A DNA stretch of 64,000 nucleotides from Nitrosopumilus sp. Lineage in GTDB: Archaea; Thermoproteota; Nitrososphaeria; Nitrososphaerales; Nitrosopumilaceae. The position numbers and the translations under genes are program-made. The stretch spans positions 1,824,001-1,888,000 of the forward strand of contig OZ244651.1 of assembly GCA_965218695.1 (NCBI GenBank), in the 5' to 3' direction. The notes beneath the pieces are model-generated. The model saw nothing but the letters and a program-made list of their open reading frames with translations, was not told where the DNA came from and ran no database searches. Positions 20,220-31,683 of the stretch are shown in pieces; within the stretch, counting starts at the first letter, position 1; every line of letters starts with the position of its first letter.

Positions 20220-21224
20220 TTGAATCAAATCAAAGTTGCAATGGCAGATTCATCCGGTGATGTGCTGATAGATGGTGCAAAGGGGAATAAATCACAATAT
20301 TATTTTTTTCATCATGCCATATTCAGGAACAAGAATTTGGAGATTGATCGTTTCAGTACCTTGGACAGAATCAATGTTTCAAAACTGGAGAAAGATTATG
20401 ACGTAGTGCTGCTGCCACGTATTAACATCAGTTCCAGCCTAGCCCTGGCAGGCATTAAAAACTGCAACATTCCGGTAATTGGAATGCCAAGTGATCCTCA
20501 TACTGTTCTAGTACGAGACATGATCGGACTGGCTGACAGTCTCAAGATCGATTGGTTTTTTGATTTTTATGCTCCGGCTTCCTTTTATGAATACTATCCA
20601 AAGCGATTTCGGTACGAGACAGTTCACATTGGACTAGAGCCATCATTGTACGAGTATCAGATACCATGGGCAGATAGAACGCCGGACAGGATAGCGATAA
20701 CGGGAATACTTGACAAGCCTGATCTTTTGCACAAGATGTATTATCGTGTGTACCTCAAGAGGCCAAAGGCACTGTCATCAGACTTTCACTATAAACTCAG
20801 AACGAAATGTAACAGGCTGCCATATATGATACATGCACGTGACATATACCCCGGACAAGGCACTGACCAGTTAAACCAGATACTATCCGGATTCAGAGCT
20901 GCAGTTGCGGCCACAACCACATTCCCAACTGTAAAATATAAGGAGACACCAGCTGCCGGTTGTCTAACATTCATGGAGATAACTGAGAGAAACCACGGTT
21001 CATTCCTAGGGTACGAGGACGGTAAGAGTGCCGTATTCATAGACGAGTCCAACTACAAAGAAAGATTCCAAGAATACCTCGACGGCCCGGATGACCCTCG
21101 ATGGGAGAGAATAGCGCAGGAGGGTAGAAGGCACGCGTTTGAAAACCTGTCCAACGATAGAGGGGTAGAGATGCTAGTAGGGATAATGCGAAAGGCCTTG
21201 GGGGAGGAGAATGTTGAGATATAG
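20220..21224 (+). CDS. glycosyltransferase-like protein (CgeB/GT-B type)
   Basis: KYKETPAAGCL, GYEDGKSAVF and ERIAQEGR motifs; located in the glycan locus. Confidence 0.7.
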   Translation: MNQIKVAMADSSGDVLIDGAKGNKSQYYFFHHAIFRNKNLEIDRFSTLDRINVSKLEKDYDVVLLPRINISSSLALAGIKNCNIPVIGMPSDPHTVLVRDMIGLADSLKIDWFFDFYAPASFYEYYPKRFRYETVHIGLEPSLYEYQIPWADRTPDRIAITGILDKPDLLHKMYYRVYLKRPKALSSDFHYKLRTKCNRLPYMIHARDIYPGQGTDQLNQILSGFRAAVAATTTFPTVKYKETPAAGCLTFMEITERNHGSFLGYEDGKSAVFIDESNYKERFQEYLDGPDDPRWERIAQEGRRHAFENLSNDRGVEMLVGIMRKALGEENVEI

Positions 21225-21420
21225 CGCGGTCATAATAGATAGGAACGAGGAGATGCATCAAAAAGATGGTGGAGTCTACTGAGTCGGTCTCTAGGGCCAT
21301 ATCAGGTCGTATTTGTAGATGACGACTCAACTAATGGAACATCGGATATCCTAAATGATATGCCAGTTACTGTCAAGAGAATACCACACCACGACGGAGA
21401 CGAGTCAGCCTGGAAGCTGT
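21211..21420 (+). pseudogene. GT2 glycosyltransferase N-terminal remnant
   Basis: MLRYSAVIIDRNEE followed, after a frameshift, by VVFVDDDSTNGTSDIL. Confidence 0.65.
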
Positions 21421-22757
21421 AAACATCTATGAGGGCTCAGTACTCAGAGATACAGCAGCTCGGATAGTCCCATTCAACAGAAAGGTCTTGATGACCATGC
21501 ATAATTAGGGATCAGTCCACCACGCATGGTGGGTGGGCAAGGTTATCATGTGTTCAACAGACTAATTAGTTACAGACTGCTTTCACAAAATCTAAGAATG
21601 ATTTCTGAAACACAGAAGTATTATATCGTTCTACATGTTTCTGCAAGAAAGGCAGATGATCATCATATTCCCCTGCAATGGCCTTTGCAACCTTCTCTTG
21701 CATCGCATTCAAATCATTAGGCATATACCGCAAATCTGACACCGGTACTGTCTCTTTGGTTCCGCCAGCGTCAGGTACGACCGGCACGCATCCAGCCGCC
21801 ATGGCTTCCACCACCGAGATGCCAAAATCCTCGATCTTTGCATGCAAATATACCTTGGTGCGGCATAATTTGTCTCTCATTTCCTTGGCTGACACGTTTG
21901 GCACTAACTGCACGCTTGGATACTTTGCCCGTAGCATGTCATGGTATCCCCGTTCTTTGGAATCGTGCATTCGTCCCATGATAGTATAGGGTGACTCTAG
22001 GCGTGTCATGACATCGCAAGTAAGCCCATATTGCTTGCCTTCACTAAACGTTCCAACGCTGGCAACGCCGAATCTCTCTGTTTGATCTTTAACCCTAAAC
22101 TTCCCTGTATCAACTCCGGGATATATCACTGTTGATTCATGACCAGTATCCTCGCGTACCATGCCAGCCGTGTATTGGGAGTTTGTAATGACATGGATGT
22201 TTTTGTCCTCTCTTATGCGCCGACGCATCCTTTGCATTCGTCTCTCAAACATGCCGTAATACAGTTTGCGGACTCCCGCACCAGAGGAACGAACTCCATA
22301 CCTGTATCCAGCGTGGTTGTAGAGAATCACAGGTTTCTTTGTATCGGGGATTCCAATCAGGGAATCCGGATATACCAGCACATCACAGTCATGCGCCAAT
22401 CTGCCCACTCTCGCACCGCTGCACCATTGTAATACCAGCAGGCGGCCTAGCCTAAACGGAAGAACGGATCTGCTCTTTCCAATGACATTGCCATGTTTGG
22501 CGAACGTGCACGTGATTACCTCATGTTCTCCATTCAGAGCTTTTCTCATGTCGCTTATGACATGATGCATAGTCGCGGCCATAGCAATCCGGACACCTGT
22601 CGGCCATTAATCCAAAAAATCCCATTGGTGAGTACCAAGAATTGTTTCAAAAATGATTTGCAAGAACCCATTATTTCCTGACATTGCAGCATAATAGGTT
22701 GGCGTGTAAGTCATTCATATTGCAACACAGGAACGAACAAACACACCAAGTTATCTA

Positions 22758-24017
22758 CACCAGATCTCCATTTAAGGTAATTGGTTCGGTGCCATCACGG
22801 CAGCGGGATCACGCCAAACCCAACTGCCGCCCTCAAAAACTTCCATCGGGGAACAAATTCATGCCGAAGACAAGGGCCAGAAAGATAGCCAAAATTGCCA
22901 GAAGGGTAAAGGGGGTGGCTAAAATCAGGATGATGGCTGCCTGTCTGAGAAAAAGGGGCATGAGCATTCGAAAGATAGCAGCAGAACTGTATGTTCCGCG
23001 CAGCACCGTATATGACTGGCTGCTCAGGATGCACAAGCGCGGACCAAAAGGCAGGTTCGACAAGAGGCGCAGGGGCAAAAAGAGGATACTGGACAACGCA
23101 TGCCTCAAGAACCTAAGCAAATGGCTGGCAGAGAAACCTGACAAACACGGACTGGGGGCCGGCGACTGGCAGTGGAATACCATACTGGAGCTGATCAAGG
23201 TCAAGGCGGGAACCGTCTGCAGCATGCGCACGATTCGAAGGGCGCTGCGCAAGATACACAAGTCATACAGAAAACTCAATCCCGTTCCGCATAATTCGGC
23301 TTCAAAAGATGAGCAGGAGAGGTTCAAGGGGGAGACAAGTGCCAGGCTGGAGGATTTACGCACGGAGAAGAAGGGATACGTCGCATTTACGTGGGACGAG
23401 GGAACCGTCCAGATGTATTCGAACAACGGCTACGCATGGCGGACCACCAACGGAGGGGACACGCTTCCAACCAATTTCTCAAAAAAGGGAGCCAAGATGT
23501 TCTGTGCCGTAAGGGAGGGAGGGCTGCACGTGTGGACTGCCGATGCCACAAACTCCGATACGTTTGTGGAGACCCTGAAGGAACTCCAGGGGGAATACCC
23601 AAAAATTGTCATGATCCTGGATAACGCCTCGTACCACAAATCAAAGACAGTCATGAATCATGTCGAATCAGTCAACAAGGATCCGCGTTTGGGCTTGGAA
23701 CTGATATTTCTGCCACCCTACACGCCCCAGCTGAACCCGACTGAAATCCAGATCAGGGAGATCAAAAAACGGGTTGCCGGCATGATGCTTGATTCCGTGG
23801 ATGATCTAAAGGAGACGATCACGACAATGGTCAAACGAGCCGAGGCAAGGCCGGTCAAGCTGATGGACTACCTGCTGCCCAAAAAGGATGATCCGCTTGT
23901 CTCTTGGAACCTGTTCATTGACAGCCTGGATGCGCAAGCATCCTAGGGCATAGTCAGACATTTACAGGCGCAGCACCGATGACGCGACTTGCACGGTCGC
24001 CCACGTGTATTCTGGCG
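22758..24017 (+). mobile_element. IS630-family element nested in the MITE
   Basis: Short ends TA|CACCAGA ... TCTGGCG|TA surround the transposase; boundaries are tentative. Confidence 0.6.
22861..23946 (+). CDS. IS630-family transposase
   Basis: HTH plus TWDEG, ILDNASYH and LPPYTPQLNPTE motifs. Confidence 0.9.
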   Translation: MPKTRARKIAKIARRVKGVAKIRMMAACLRKRGMSIRKIAAELYVPRSTVYDWLLRMHKRGPKGRFDKRRRGKKRILDNACLKNLSKWLAEKPDKHGLGAGDWQWNTILELIKVKAGTVCSMRTIRRALRKIHKSYRKLNPVPHNSASKDEQERFKGETSARLEDLRTEKKGYVAFTWDEGTVQMYSNNGYAWRTTNGGDTLPTNFSKKGAKMFCAVREGGLHVWTADATNSDTFVETLKELQGEYPKIVMILDNASYHKSKTVMNHVESVNKDPRLGLELIFLPPYTPQLNPTEIQIREIKKRVAGMMLDSVDDLKETITTMVKRAEARPVKLMDYLLPKKDDPLVSWNLFIDSLDAQAS

Positions 24018-24209
24018 TATTTTTCTGGCATTGCATGAAACCTGCATAATGTGGGATTTAATTGTGGTAAATGATGGGGTTTTTGCTAAAAGTGTCCGGA
24101 TTGCTATGGCCACGACTATGCACTCCACCCCCTGTCGTCACTCGATTCAAGGCCATGCCAATCTTCATAATTATTTATTTATTAAATTAGGTTTAATTTA
24201 AATAATGCG

Positions 24210-24314
24210 TAGTCACGGCCACAGTAACCAGAACACCCGCTAACCATTAATCCGAAAAATTTCATCGATGAGTCCTCAGAATGTCGTTTTAAAAATAGTT
24301 TACAAGAACTCATT
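24210..24314 (+). mobile_element. diverged, truncated second copy of the MITE left end
   Basis: Aligns by eye with 22570-22672 (TAGTCACGGCCACAGTAACC...CAAGAACTCATT). Confidence 0.75.
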
Positions 24315-24909
24315 AGAAGCCATGCGTAATCGCTCCATTTCGCTGAATTAAACCAAAAACCTGGAAAATGTTAATTCTAATTTAATTCTCACCATGTCAA
24401 GCATGTGGGGATCCTGTCCTGCCCAAAATACAAAATAACGTGCGCAGTCTTGCAGTACACCAATGTGCGGGGGATTAGCTACTTGGAGGTATCAGGGACG
24501 TCTGTCTGGTTCCATTCTATCACAATCCCCGGTGCGTCATCAGTTGGTGGTCCCGTCCATATATGGTCCCAAAGAAGATCCAGGTTTACCAGTCAGGTTA
24601 TCATGTTGAGTTCCTTGTTGAATCTGCTGATGGTCCCATCGTACGGATCAATCAGCCGGGAATACCGTTTCAGTCTACCAATGCTGTGCTCCACTGTTAC
24701 CCGGGTGAAATTTACATGGTGGTTGTGCTCCCTCGCCCCTTTTGTCAGGTGGCGATAGTTCTTTGTCCTTTTGTGGGGATACATGTATCTTATGCCAGAC
24801 AGGTGCCTGTCAATTCCTCGGAGACCGCAGTCAGTATACTTGATAATCCTGTTCCGGTCGGGAGTGTCAGGATCATGCATCTTCTCCTCCCACTTCCAAA
24901 CGACAGCGG
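24315..24909 (-). pseudogene. degenerate 3' remnant of the ISL2-like IS5 element
   Basis: Begins AGAAGCCATGCGTAATC after ATT; encodes RVTVEHSIGRLKRY; homology stops at about 24909. Confidence 0.85.
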
Positions 24910-24935
24910 ATGACACTACATCCCAGTCCACGGAT

Positions 24936-26009
24936 CTATTGTATGCCCAGTTCCGTCTTGACAAACTCGATAAATTCTCTTGCAATGTTCTCGCCGGCCG
25001 TATCCTCTACGGCAATCTTTCTGCCATGTTTGCCCATCTGCATGCCCATGTCTGGATTGTCAAGCAGATATGATATCTTTTCAACAATACCATCAGAGTC
25101 ACCTGCATTCACAAGCAGGCCTGACTTCCCATTCTTCATAATTTCTGGGACTCCACCAATATTTGTCGCGACCGCCGGTTTTCCCATCAATAGAGCCTCT
25201 CTGAGTGAAATTGGTGCCATATCTAAACCCGTGAATAAGGCATAGATATCAATTCCCGAGAGGAACTGCCGTACACCATCCGGATAGTCCATGTCTCCCA
25301 GCCACTTGAAGTTGGGATATCTTTCTAGGTTGTGGAGTATCTCTTCTGCGTATGGGCCACTACCTGCCCAGTAGAACATCACGTTGGGGAGTCTTTCAAG
25401 CACGTCATTAAGAACAAGCATTTCCTTGGCCTTGTCCCAGATTGTAGCCTTTTGAACCATACCCACACACGGGTGTTTTAGGCTTCCCTCGTCAGTGTTT
25501 TCCTTAGGGCACCATATGGATGGATCCATGATGGTAGGTAAGACATGAGTTGGTTTGTCAGGCAATCTCTCACGTACTATCCCATCTAGGTATTTGGAGA
25601 TGGGCATGATTATTCTTGAGCCATGCAAGATTTCATAGCCTATTTGTTCCAATTTGCCTATAGCTAAACTTCTTGGAAATGAACTGTATTTGGTTTCTTT
25701 TGCGCATTTTATTTCGGTCCAAAAATCTCCTCCTAGATACACTATTAGAGGAATATCAGATTTGAGTGCAGCGGTTCCAAAATGTCTCAATCCATCAGTC
25801 ATGATTGCGTCTGGATTAAAATCGCTGATCAGTCTGTTGAAACGTCTCATAGATCCTCTCCACTTGTGTATTTTTTTGGTAGGGAACCCGTCCACAATCT
25901 CTATGTTGTTTACGACTTTGCATTCTACACCAAATTTGGAGAGAACTCTACCGAATTCATTCCAATGAAACAATCGGGATTTGTCTCTTGATCCGATTAA
26001 CAGCCGCAT
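24936..26009 (-). CDS. GT4 glycosyltransferase (intact)
   Basis: LREALLMGKPAVATNIGGVPE motif; paralog of the split gene at 26572-30276. Confidence 0.88.
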   Translation of the reverse strand: MRLLIGSRDKSRLFHWNEFGRVLSKFGVECKVVNNIEIVDGFPTKKIHKWRGSMRRFNRLISDFNPDAIMTDGLRHFGTAALKSDIPLIVYLGGDFWTEIKCAKETKYSSFPRSLAIGKLEQIGYEILHGSRIIMPISKYLDGIVRERLPDKPTHVLPTIMDPSIWCPKENTDEGSLKHPCVGMVQKATIWDKAKEMLVLNDVLERLPNVMFYWAGSGPYAEEILHNLERYPNFKWLGDMDYPDGVRQFLSGIDIYALFTGLDMAPISLREALLMGKPAVATNIGGVPEIMKNGKSGLLVNAGDSDGIVEKISYLLDNPDMGMQMGKHGRKIAVEDTAGENIAREFIEFVKTELGIQ

Positions 26010-26611
26010 GAATTACATGTGCAATGTTTTGCTTTTAAATTATAGTGAAATGCAAAAGTTTTGTATAGTACCAAAAGTTCTTTGCCCATCATATGAAACT
26101 ATGGGCTATAGCGACACGTAAAAATTCGTGCAGTAATACTAGATTGCTACGATTAATTATGTTCTTTCTGGTGATCGGTGGATTGACTGGAATAGTTGTT
26201 ACAAGACTCAAGTCGGTTGTTGCCGAATCACTTGCACATGATGCTGAAATCACGCCCAAAATCGATTATTTTTTAAAACTACGACCTTAACCGGCGATCC
26301 TAAATTTAGCGTGTAACCAACATGACTGCAACTAATTCGTTTTTTATTTAAATCGTATTTTCCATCTGCACAAACTTTGACTTTTAGATATAGGATTCGG
26401 CAAATTCATGAGTGATGCCTTCTGAATGTTTTGATCGGAACACATGAGGTTACAAGATCCCAATGCGTGCACCAAATTGTTTCGTTGTATTATCGAACTT
26501 TTAGGCGCAAGTTTGATCTTCTCAAATCCATCAGCAGAAAATACGTTATGCTGTGCACAATCTTTTGAACCTCAGTATAGTTTGGATTCTTGCAGGCCAA
26601 ATTCCTTCAAT

Positions 26612-28159
26612 AGAAAATATGCGTAATCCGGAACTTTTTCAAACTCCGCGCTGACATGTTAGCCCTGCTGTCAAAAATTTATGATCCATCCAATTAAAAC
26701 CAGAATATGCCGGTTCATACTGTTGTCGAATCAGGAAACAAGTGACCTGCAAAAAGAGAACAAGGCTCTCAGATACATGATCAAGCGCCAGGACGCTGAC
26801 ATCAAGCGCCAGGACGCTGACATCAAGCGCCAGGACGCTGACATCAAGCGCTTGGAGGCAGCCGCCAAGCACGAGCAAAGCCTGTGGAGCACGCGGGACG
26901 GCTCCGAGTCCGGAGCCGCAGGGGAGCCCGCCCTGCTGCACCGCGTGGAGGTGTTTGACGACGTCATCGGCGTCGGGAAGAAGCTTCATGACGCGACGCT
27001 GAAGGGCAGGGGGCAATTCCAGTACATACTTGACAGGGCCGAGGCATGGATAAGACAAAGCGGCAAATCCCCGCTCTTCAGGAACGACGAGACGAGGGCG
27101 TCGGATCCCGGGAACCGCTGCAAGCTGTACCCAAGGCACGCGCTACTCATGTCACTGATGTACAAAAAGGGCAACCCCACGCAGGGCGCGCTTGCGGCAT
27201 TCTTTGGAATAGACCAGGCGACCGTGTCCAGGTACATCGACGTCATGGACGCGGTACTCGAGGCGGCGCTGCCCACTGCTGCCAACATATCAAAGGAGAT
27301 AGCAGGCACGGAGACAAAAGAGGATCTCAAAAAAATAATTTCCGGGCCTGACGGGGGCATCATGATGATCGACGGCACGCACTGCCCCATACAGAGGCCG
27401 GACGAAAAACAGATGAGGAGCATGATGTATTCGGGCAAGAAGAAGAAATTCACGCTCAACACCACAGTCTGCATAAATGAAAACGGGGTGATAGTCGCCA
27501 TATCCGGCAGCACCGTGGGATCCGTCCACGACATCACGCTGCTCAGGGAGAGCCCGCTGCCGTTTGGAAAATGGTGGGACCGCATGTGCGACGAGGACAC
27601 CCCCGAAGAGGACAGGATCCACACCCTTACTGACCGCGGCTACAAGGGAATCGCAAAGGATCTGCCCGGCACAAACACCCTGCAGCCGCACAAGAAGACC
27701 AAGAACCACAAGCGCTTTACAAAGGAGGAAAAGGAGCACAACCACGCCGTCAACTCGGCCAGGGTAAAGGTGGAGCACTCCATCGGCAGGCTGAAGCGGT
27801 ACGGCCGGCTTACCGCGCCATACAAGGGAAAGATTGGCGACTTTAACAGGGAATTTAACATAATAACCGGACTCGTAAACCTGGACCTCCTGTGGAACCA
27901 GATGAAGAAAGGACCTCCTTCAGGTAGCACGCTGGGGCCGGTAATAAACTGGGAAGAGGCAAACGTCCCCGGCAGCGCCGTTTCAAACAATTAATTCCGT
28001 GCACATCGTGGTGCTGCAAGGTTGCGCACGTTATTTTGTATTTCTGGCAGGACAGGATCCCCACATGGCTAACATGGCGAGAATTAAATCAGAATTTTTA
28101 ATATTTTCTGGGTTTTTCTGGTTTAACCCAACGAAATGGAGGGATTACGCATGGCTTCT
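26612..28159 (+). mobile_element. IS5-family (ISL2-like) element, copy B, 1548 bp
   Basis: Same TIRs as copy A in the opposite orientation; AAT at 26609-11 and 28160-62. Confidence 0.93.
26681..27994 (+). CDS. IS5/ISL2-group transposase
   Basis: Near-identical to 2035..3348. Confidence 0.92.
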   Translation: MIHPIKTRICRFILLSNQETSDLQKENKALRYMIKRQDADIKRQDADIKRQDADIKRLEAAAKHEQSLWSTRDGSESGAAGEPALLHRVEVFDDVIGVGKKLHDATLKGRGQFQYILDRAEAWIRQSGKSPLFRNDETRASDPGNRCKLYPRHALLMSLMYKKGNPTQGALAAFFGIDQATVSRYIDVMDAVLEAALPTAANISKEIAGTETKEDLKKIISGPDGGIMMIDGTHCPIQRPDEKQMRSMMYSGKKKKFTLNTTVCINENGVIVAISGSTVGSVHDITLLRESPLPFGKWWDRMCDEDTPEEDRIHTLTDRGYKGIAKDLPGTNTLQPHKKTKNHKRFTKEEKEHNHAVNSARVKVEHSIGRLKRYGRLTAPYKGKIGDFNREFNIITGLVNLDLLWNQMKKGPPSGSTLGPVINWEEANVPGSAVSNN

Positions 28160-28931
28160 AATATGTACATGAATTTCGTGGCGGTGGCATCGGGCGAAAA
28201 ATTATTCATTATAAATTCTCTCCCATATGTTCCCATCTGCCGTAACATTTCCTTATCAACCAGAAGTTGCGAGATCTTTTCGGCTATTATAGTTCCATCT
28301 CCCCGCTCCACCAAGAATCCTGTTCTACCGTCCTCTAGCATCTCTGGAACACCTCCAATATTTGTCGCAATCACGGGTTTTTTCATCAATGAGGCCTCTC
28401 TCAGTGAACTTGGTAATGCATCTAAACCCGTAAGTAGGGCGTAAATGTCAACCTCTGTCAAAAACTGCCTGACCCCGTCCGGGTACGCCAACTTGCCAAG
28501 GTATTGAAAGTTAGAATATCCTTGTAATTCTTCTAATATTTTATTGACGTACGCGCCGTAGCCTACCCAGTAGAACGTTACATTCGGAAATCTGTCCATG
28601 ACTTGCTTCAATATGAGCATCTCCTTGGCCTTGTCCCAGACTGTGGCTTTTTGCACCAGTCCCACACAAGGATGTTTCAGTGTCATTCCCTTCTCAGGAT
28701 GCCATGCGGATGGATCCGTTCCACTGTACAAAGCGCACACTGGCCTATCAGGGAATCTCTCTTGAACTACTTTCTCAAGATATTTGGAGACTGTTATGAT
28801 AACAGCCGCACCACACATGCATCGTTCCATCGTGTCAGCATATCTCTTGTTGGCAATTCTACTTAGGAACGACATGTGATCTACTTTTTTTCTAGTCTCC
28901 TCTTCCTGCCAGTAGTTTCCTACCAAGTATA

Positions 28932-30036
28932 CTATAGTGGCGATCAAAAGTTCTTGCAAAATAATTCGGCTTTTCTGTTAAAGAATTTGATCAAATCCAG
29001 ATTGAATCTCGCAGTTCGATAGTACTGGGAGACGGCACTGTGCATGTCCAAGAAGGTTTTGTAGTATTCTGAAACAAGCAGGTTCCGTTTTCCCTGGTGC
29101 CAGCATTCTTCCACGGCGTTGAGATACGGTGAGCCTTTTGGCAGGTATATGATCCTGATGTTCTTGTTCTCGCGCAGCAGCGTCCGGACGGCTTTTGCGC
29201 GGTGCGGGGACGCCCTGTCCACCAGGACGGCAACCTTCCCAAAATGCCTCTGCATGGCCTTGAGATAAGCAACAAAAGTGGGCGCGTTAAACCCGCTGGC
29301 AGTCCTGAAGAACTGCCTGCCATCCATTGTAATTGAACCGTACGCGGTAATTCTTTTGTGGCTTCCAGTGTATGGCACGGTTATTGGCACCCCCACGGGG
29401 GACCAATACTTGCGGCCAGATTTTACGTCGTGTATGAAGAACGCCTCGTCTTGCACGGCCAGGACAAAACCGTCTTTTTCTAGGCGTGAAATTCTCTTTT
29501 TGAGGCGATATTGCCAGCTTTTTACGGCTGCCTTGGTGGCCCTGTTGATGTGGATCCTTTGCGACCCCTTGGGGGACAGACCGTATTTTTGCATGATTTT
29601 CCTGATGTTCGTCCTGTGCATCTTTGTTCCCGTCTCCCTGTGTATGACCTGTTGCAGTTCGGCAGGAGTGGTCTTGAACCGGTCTACCTTGTCCAGTATG
29701 CCGTCCATTGCTTCAGGTGAAATCTTGGGCGGCCTGCCGGATCTGGGAAGATCCCGGAGGCCTTGTAGACCTCCATTCTCGAAGCGTTCCAGCCAGTTGC
29801 GTACCCACCTGGGACATCGCAGAAGATTGACGGCCGCATCATCTATGCTCATTTTACGAAAATGTACCATGTGTACTGCAAGCATTCTGGCTCCCACCCT
29901 GAGGTCCTTTTCTTTTTTGTATGCTACTTCGAGTTCTTCCCGTGTTACTTTGATCATGCCGCGTTAGGCGACCGGCTGATCTACATAGTTTTCGGTCTGA
30001 GGTGCTGAACTTGGAACGAACTTTCACTTTTCACTA
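28932..30036 (-). mobile_element. IS630-family element, copy 1, 1105 bp
   Basis: TA at 28930-31 and 30037-38; removing the element restores the GT frame. Confidence 0.9.
28944..29957 (-). CDS. IS630-family transposase
   Basis: PRSGRPP, VQDEA, LVDRASPH and SPYLNAVE motifs. Confidence 0.92.
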   Translation of the reverse strand: MIKVTREELEVAYKKEKDLRVGARMLAVHMVHFRKMSIDDAAVNLLRCPRWVRNWLERFENGGLQGLRDLPRSGRPPKISPEAMDGILDKVDRFKTTPAELQQVIHRETGTKMHRTNIRKIMQKYGLSPKGSQRIHINRATKAAVKSWQYRLKKRISRLEKDGFVLAVQDEAFFIHDVKSGRKYWSPVGVPITVPYTGSHKRITAYGSITMDGRQFFRTASGFNAPTFVAYLKAMQRHFGKVAVLVDRASPHRAKAVRTLLRENKNIRIIYLPKGSPYLNAVEECWHQGKRNLLVSEYYKTFLDMHSAVSQYYRTARFNLDLIKFFNRKAELFCKNF

Positions 30037-30575
30037 TACCAGCGGTATGCCAGATCGCAGTGCTGCGGCACCAAAATCTCCGGGACTACTGACCACAACA
30101 TCTGGTTTAAAGTCGCAGACCAATCTGTCGAATCTACTCATGCATTGTTTCCACATATACATGTGTTTAAGTGACCGATCAGCCACAAGTGGATCGCTTA
30201 CCGCTCGGCAATCTGCACCAATCTTGGAAAGCTGTTTTATGTATTTCTTCATGTCCCCGCTTATCAGTAGTTTCATGATAATCGCATCACGATTTTTCGA
30301 TGCGGTACATGGAATAAATATACTTTCATAATTCCAGTAGATGGAAATGTATTGTTCAAGAATGGAATAATGCGAAGATGAAAACCAAATAGAACAGAAA
30401 TACTATAAGTGGAAGATCTTTGTGTGTTACTATCACATTTAGTCACACTGACATGTCGACGTTCTTATCTATAGATTTTTTCAAGAATGCCCTATGAGTT
30501 ACAAAATGTACACATTAATGAGAACAGCAACATCAGAGATGTCTTAATAACATGCACACGTCTTGTTTCAAGGTA

Positions 30576-31680
30576 CTATAGTGGCGATCAAAAGTTCTTG
30601 CAAAATAATTCGGCTTTTCTGTTAAAGAATTTGATCAAATCCAGATTGAATCTCGCAGTTCGATAGTACTGGGAGACGGCACTGTGCATGTCCAAGAAGG
30701 TTTTGTAGTATTCTGAAACAAGCAGGTTCCGTTTTCCCTGGTGCCAGCATTCTTCCACGGCGTTGAGATACGGTGAGCCTTTTGGCAGGTATATGATCCT
30801 GATGTTCTTGTTCTCGCGCAGCAGCGTCCGGACGGCTTTTGCGCGGTGCGGGGACGCCCTGTCCACCAGGACGGCAACCTTCCCAAAATGCCTCTGCATG
30901 GCCTTGAGATAAGCAACAAAAGTGGGCGCGTTAAACCCGCTGGCAGTCCTGAAGAACTGCCTGCCATCCATTGTAATTGAACCGTACGCGGTAATTCTTT
31001 TGTGGCTTCCAGTGTATGGCACGGTTATTGGCACCCCCACGGGGGACCAATACTTGCGGCCAGATTTTACGTCGTGTATGAAGAACGCCTCGTCTTGCAC
31101 GGCCAGGACAAAACCGTCTTTTTCTAGGCGTGAAATTCTCTTTTTGAGGCGATATTGCCAGCTTTTTACGGCTGCCTTGGTGGCCCTGTTGATGTGGATC
31201 CTTTGCGACCCCTTGGGGGACAGACCGTATTTTTGCATGATTTTCCTGATGTTCGTCCTGTGCATCTTTGTTCCCGTCTCCCTGTGTATGACCTGTTGCA
31301 GTTCGGCAGGAGTGGTCTTGAACCGGTCTACCTTGTCCAGTATGCCGTCCATTGCTTCAGGTGAAATCTTGGGCGGCCTGCCGGATCTGGGAAGATCCCG
31401 GAGGCCTTGTAGGCCTCCATTCTCGAAGCGTTCCAGCCAGTTGCGTACCCACCTGGGACATCGCAGAAGATTGACGGCCGCATCATCTATGCTCATTTTA
31501 CGAAAATGTACCATGTGTACTGCAAGCATTCTGGCTCCCACCCTGAGGTCCTTTTCTTTTTTGTATGCTACTTCGAGTTCTTCCCGTGTTACTTTGATCA
31601 TGCCGCGTTAGGCGACCGGCTGATCTACATAGTTTTCGGTCTGAGGTGCTGAACTTGGAACGAACTTTCACTTTTCACTA
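30576..31680 (-). mobile_element. IS630-family element, copy 2, 1105 bp
   Basis: Direct repeat of copy 1; I spotted one synonymous difference (29769 A vs 31413 G). TA at 30574-75 and 31681-82. Confidence 0.9.
30588..31601 (-). CDS. IS630-family transposase
   Basis: Protein identical to 28944..29957. Confidence 0.92.
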   Translation of the reverse strand: MIKVTREELEVAYKKEKDLRVGARMLAVHMVHFRKMSIDDAAVNLLRCPRWVRNWLERFENGGLQGLRDLPRSGRPPKISPEAMDGILDKVDRFKTTPAELQQVIHRETGTKMHRTNIRKIMQKYGLSPKGSQRIHINRATKAAVKSWQYRLKKRISRLEKDGFVLAVQDEAFFIHDVKSGRKYWSPVGVPITVPYTGSHKRITAYGSITMDGRQFFRTASGFNAPTFVAYLKAMQRHFGKVAVLVDRASPHRAKAVRTLLRENKNIRIIYLPKGSPYLNAVEECWHQGKRNLLVSEYYKTFLDMHSAVSQYYRTARFNLDLIKFFNRKAELFCKNF

Positions 31681-31683
31681 TAG

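Larger units (their letters stand above)
22570..24118. mobile_element. MITE (about 290 bp, 27-bp TIRs) carrying a nested IS630
   Basis: TAGTCGCGGCCATAGCAATCCGGACAC / GTGTCCGGATTGCTATGGCCACGACTA; TGCA at 22566-69 and 24119-22. Confidence 0.85.
21566..24168 (-). pseudogene. GT4 glycosyltransferase interrupted near its N-terminus
   Basis: Joining 24168..24123 and 22569..21566 gives 349 aa starting MKIGMALNRVTTGGGV|HHVISD; EDFGISVVEAMAAG motif. Confidence 0.9.
26572..30276 (-). pseudogene. GT4 glycosyltransferase interrupted by two different IS elements
   Basis: Joining 30276..30039, 28931..28163 and 26611..26572 gives 348 aa in frame: ...GIPLV|YLVGNYW... and ...FMYIL|KEFGLQESKLY*. Confidence 0.9.

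Noticed and set aside
26010-26571. AT-rich spacer with short ORFs (also 38207..38660 and 63586..63807)
   Set aside because: Probably decayed genes, but no family could be supported by eye.
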